NCBI GenBank assembly: GCA_003282985.1
Contig: QBYE01000003.1
Coordinates: forward strand, 1,236 to 65,235
Direction of reading: 5' to 3'
DNA length: 64,000 bases
From: Pelagibacteraceae bacterium AG-325-E08
Lineage (GTDB): Bacteria > Pseudomonadota > Alphaproteobacteria > Pelagibacterales > Pelagibacteraceae
The notes under the pieces were generated by a model. That model ran no database searches. It was not told the origin of the DNA and was given only the letters and a program-made list of their open reading frames with translations. The position numbers and the translations under genes were made by a program. Below, one piece after another: positions 61,537 to 64,000 of this stretch (the stretch's first letter is position 1; each line of letters starts with the position of its first letter).

Positions 61537-62603
61537 TTTTTAGAAATTAATTTTTGTCTCAAATGATCGATTGGGACTACAGTGCCATCCAAATTATAGT
61601 GCCAAAAAGTCCATCCATTACAGCTTTCAGCACCCAAAATTGTTGCTGCTACTTTATGAATTGAGCCCTCTGTTTGAGCGTGTTTAATGCTTCCATCAGC
61701 CATGATTTTTGCATTTATTTTCTTTTTATTATCAAAAATAGTTGTTCCTGGCTTAATTATTCCTAATTCTACCAATGAACCAAAAGGTATCCTTGGCTTA
61801 GATCTATTATTTTTAATGGTATCTAGGTAATTGTCTTCAATAGGTTCTGTATTTTTTAATCTTTGTTCAGCAGCTTTAAAATAAGTTTTTTCTTTTTCTA
61901 TACCATAATAATTTCTACCTAATTTTTTCGCAACGGTTGCTGTTGTTCCTGAGCCTAAAAAAGGGTCTAAAACCAAATCATTTTTATTTGAAGTTGCTAA
62001 TAAAATTCTATGAAGTAAAGCTTCAGGTTTTTGAGTTGAATGTACTTTTTTCCCATTCTTCTTCAGTCTTTCTGGCCCATTACAAATAGGCAAATCCCAA
62101 TTAGATCTCATTTGAAGATCATCATTTAAGCACTTTAAAGATTGATAGTTAAAAGTATATTTTGATTTCTCTGATTTAGAGGCCCAAATTAAAGTTTCAT
62201 GAGCATTAGTAAAACGAGTTCCTCTAAAATTTGGCATCGGATTTTTTTTATTCCAAATAACATCATTTAAGATCCAAAAGCCTAAATTTTGAATTGTAGC
62301 ACCAACTCTAAAAATGTTGTGATAACTTCCAATTACCCAAATAGCTCCATCTTTTTTTAAAATTCTTTTACATTCACTTAGCCAAGCATAAGTAAAATCA
62401 TCATATTTTTTAAAACTTTCAAATTGATCCCACTTATCGTTTACTGCATTTACTTTAGATCTATCAGGCCTTGTTAATTCACTTTTTAATTGAAGATTGT
62501 AAGGTGGATCTGCAAAAACTAAATCGAAAGATTCATCAGGAATTTTTTTTAATTCCTTTAAGCTGTTACCATTTATTAATTTATTTTTAAAATTAAAATT
62601 CAT
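61533..62603 (-). CDS. ccrM: Cell-cycle-regulated DNA adenine methyltransferase CcrM (beta class, GANTC-type)
   Basis: FADPPYNLQL, PMPNFRG.RFTNAHET, HSTQKPE, DPFLGSGTT, C-terminal GSIHKVAA..LG..SCNGWTFW domain; next to rnhB. Confidence 0.92.
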   Translation of the reverse strand: MNFNFKNKLINGNSLKELKKIPDESFDLVFADPPYNLQLKSELTRPDRSKVNAVNDKWDQFESFKKYDDFTYAWLSECKRILKKDGAIWVIGSYHNIFRVGATIQNLGFWILNDVIWNKKNPMPNFRGTRFTNAHETLIWASKSEKSKYTFNYQSLKCLNDDLQMRSNWDLPICNGPERLKKNGKKVHSTQKPEALLHRILLATSNKNDLVLDPFLGSGTTATVAKKLGRNYYGIEKEKTYFKAAEQRLKNTEPIEDNYLDTIKNNRSKPRIPFGSLVELGIIKPGTTIFDNKKKINAKIMADGSIKHAQTEGSIHKVAATILGAESCNGWTFWHYNLDGTVVPIDHLRQKLISKN

Positions 62604-62619
62604 TTGTAAAAATAAATTA

Positions 62620-62668
62620 GACTCTAAAAAGATTCTTGGGTCAACCTAGGATTGAATTATTTGGATTC
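62620..62668. promoter_or_regulatory. Three GANTC sites directly upstream of ccrM
   Basis: GACTC 62620-62624, GATTC 62631-62635, GATTC 62664-62668. Confidence 0.6.
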
Positions 62669-62721
62669 GACTTGTATCAAAAATTTTTGAGATAACAAGA
62701 TATAGTGTTTCTACGTGAAAC

Positions 62722-63282
62722 CTATTTTATTTTATTAATTGGTGAAAACTTTTTTCTATGATGACTTGTAATTCCTAGATTTTTTATGGCTTTTAAGTGA
62801 TGTTTCGTTCCATATCCATAATTTTGATCCCATTTGTAACCTTTAAATTTTTTTGCTAATTTAGTTATCATTTTATCACGTGTAACTTTAGCGATAATTG
62901 ATGCCGCAGAAATTGAAGGTATTTTTTGATCTCCTTTTATTACTGATTTAAGTTTATAATTTTTTATTTCAGGCAATTTATTTCCATCTATTAAAGTGAG
63001 AGTTGGTTTTTTTTTTAGTTTTTTTATAGCTCTTTTCATTGCTAAAAGACTAGCATTTAAAATATTTAATTTTTCTATTTCTTTTGTTGATGCTTTCCCT
63101 ATAGCCCAAGCAGAATTTTTTTTAATATGGAGTGCTATAATTTCCCTTTTATTTTTAGTTAAACTTTTTGAGTCTTTTAATAATTTTCTATTAATTGATT
63201 TTTTTAGGATTACAGCAGCTGCATAAACTGGTCCAATTAAACTTCCTCGACCCACTTCATCAACTCCCGCAATAATTTTCAT
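62722..63282 (-). CDS. rnhB: Ribonuclease HII
   Basis: GVDEVGRG.L.GPV, DSK, IDGN, KGD, SI.AASIIAKVTRD, GYGT..H, HR.KF. Confidence 0.96.
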   Translation of the reverse strand: MKIIAGVDEVGRGSLIGPVYAAAVILKKSINRKLLKDSKSLTKNKREIIALHIKKNSAWAIGKASTKEIEKLNILNASLLAMKRAIKKLKKKPTLTLIDGNKLPEIKNYKLKSVIKGDQKIPSISAASIIAKVTRDKMITKLAKKFKGYKWDQNYGYGTKHHLKAIKNLGITSHHRKKFSPINKIK

Positions 63283-64000
63283 TAAATCTTAATACTTAAA
63301 TCTTTTATTTTTTGTCTAATTTTTTTTAAATCTTCCCAAGAGTATTTTTTTTTGTCAGGAAATCTAATTAAATATGAAGGGCTAAAAGTTACTATTAAGG
63401 GATATGTTTTATTTTTAAGAATAATTTCTTTCCATTGACCTCTTTCATCTGAAACTTTGTTATTTAATGCCATAACTGCTTCCATAGCAGTTGAACCTAA
63501 TAAAATTATTATTTGAGGATCAATAATCAAAATATGTTCTTTCAAAAATATTGAATAACGTTTTATTTCTTGAGATGTGGGCTTTCTATCATCTGGAGGT
63601 CTAAAGTTAACTGCATACGTAGTATATATTTTTTCTTTTTTAATATTAATTGCCATCAACATTTTATTTAACAAAGTTCCAACGTCTCCCTGAAACGAAG
63701 AGCCTGAGCTATCTTCAGCTGATCCAGGGGCCTCACCAATTAACATTATGGCGCCATTAACATCCCCATCTCCTAAAATAAGATTTTTGGAATTGTCTTT
63801 TAAATTACAATTTTCAATTGAATTAATCTTTTCTTTAAGATCAGATAATTTTTTAATTTTATTGTTGTTACTATTATTCTCATTATTTTTTATTGTTTTA
63901 AGTCTATTTATAGGTTCATTGCTGAAACTAAAATTAGGTTCAATAGTATCTATTAATGTTTGAACAAATTTGGCATTTTGATTTAAGATCTTTTTAGTCA
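63282..64000 (-). CDS. Uracil-DNA glycosylase family 4-like protein (5' end at the window edge)
   Basis: Frame stays open to the window end (..TG ACT AAA AAG, start probably at 64001); GEAPG..ED..G..F.G..G, RPP, LLG. Confidence 0.8.
   Translation of the reverse strand, partial: TKKILNQNAKFVQTLIDTIEPNFSFSNEPINRLKTIKNNENNSNNNKIKKLSDLKEKINSIENCNLKDNSKNLILGDGDVNGAIMLIGEAPGSAEDSSGSSFQGDVGTLLNKMLMAINIKKEKIYTTYAVNFRPPDDRKPTSQEIKRYSIFLKEHILIIDPQIIILLGSTAMEAVMALNNKVSDERGQWKEIILKNKTYPLIVTFSPSYLIRFPDKKKYSWEDLKKIRQKIKDLSIKI

Noticed and set aside
62576-62590. TTAA-N7-TTAA CtrA-box-like motif at the 5' end of ccrM
   Set aside because: It is inside the coding sequence and expected frequently by chance at this AT content.

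Overview
AT-rich (roughly 30% GC by eye), very densely packed alphaproteobacterial chromosome segment. Gene content, order and streamlining fit SAR11/Pelagibacterales. It is mostly core genome: purine salvage (PRT plus NCS2 permease), ibpA, ptrB, cfa, tldD-pmbA, typA, groESL, ribF-ileS-lspA, pgi, purD, a ubiA-msbA-waaA-lpxK-lpxL cluster, the aa3 cytochrome c oxidase operon, thrC/thrB, ispH, the retinal pathway (crtI-crtB-crtY-blh) directly behind the ATP synthase F0 genes, smc, mutY, ccrM, rnhA/rnhB and a partial UDG-family gene. I found no rRNA, tRNA, CRISPR array, transposase or integrase. Most interesting observations: (1) a 798-aa SMC with intact ATPase head motifs but no recognisable hinge domain; (2) a family-4 UDG with substituted uracil-pocket residues; (3) a single-gene methyltransferase islet with long flanks that look like gene relics; (4) two small ORFs missed by the ORF track; (5) a ROSE-like RNA thermometer and sigma32-type promoters; (6) a ccrM upstream spacer with three GANTC sites, an NrdR-box-like motif and a parS-like palindrome; (7) extreme compaction, including divergent start codons that abut as CATATG and convergent genes sharing TTAA stops. 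All calls come from motif recognition by eye; no database searches were run.
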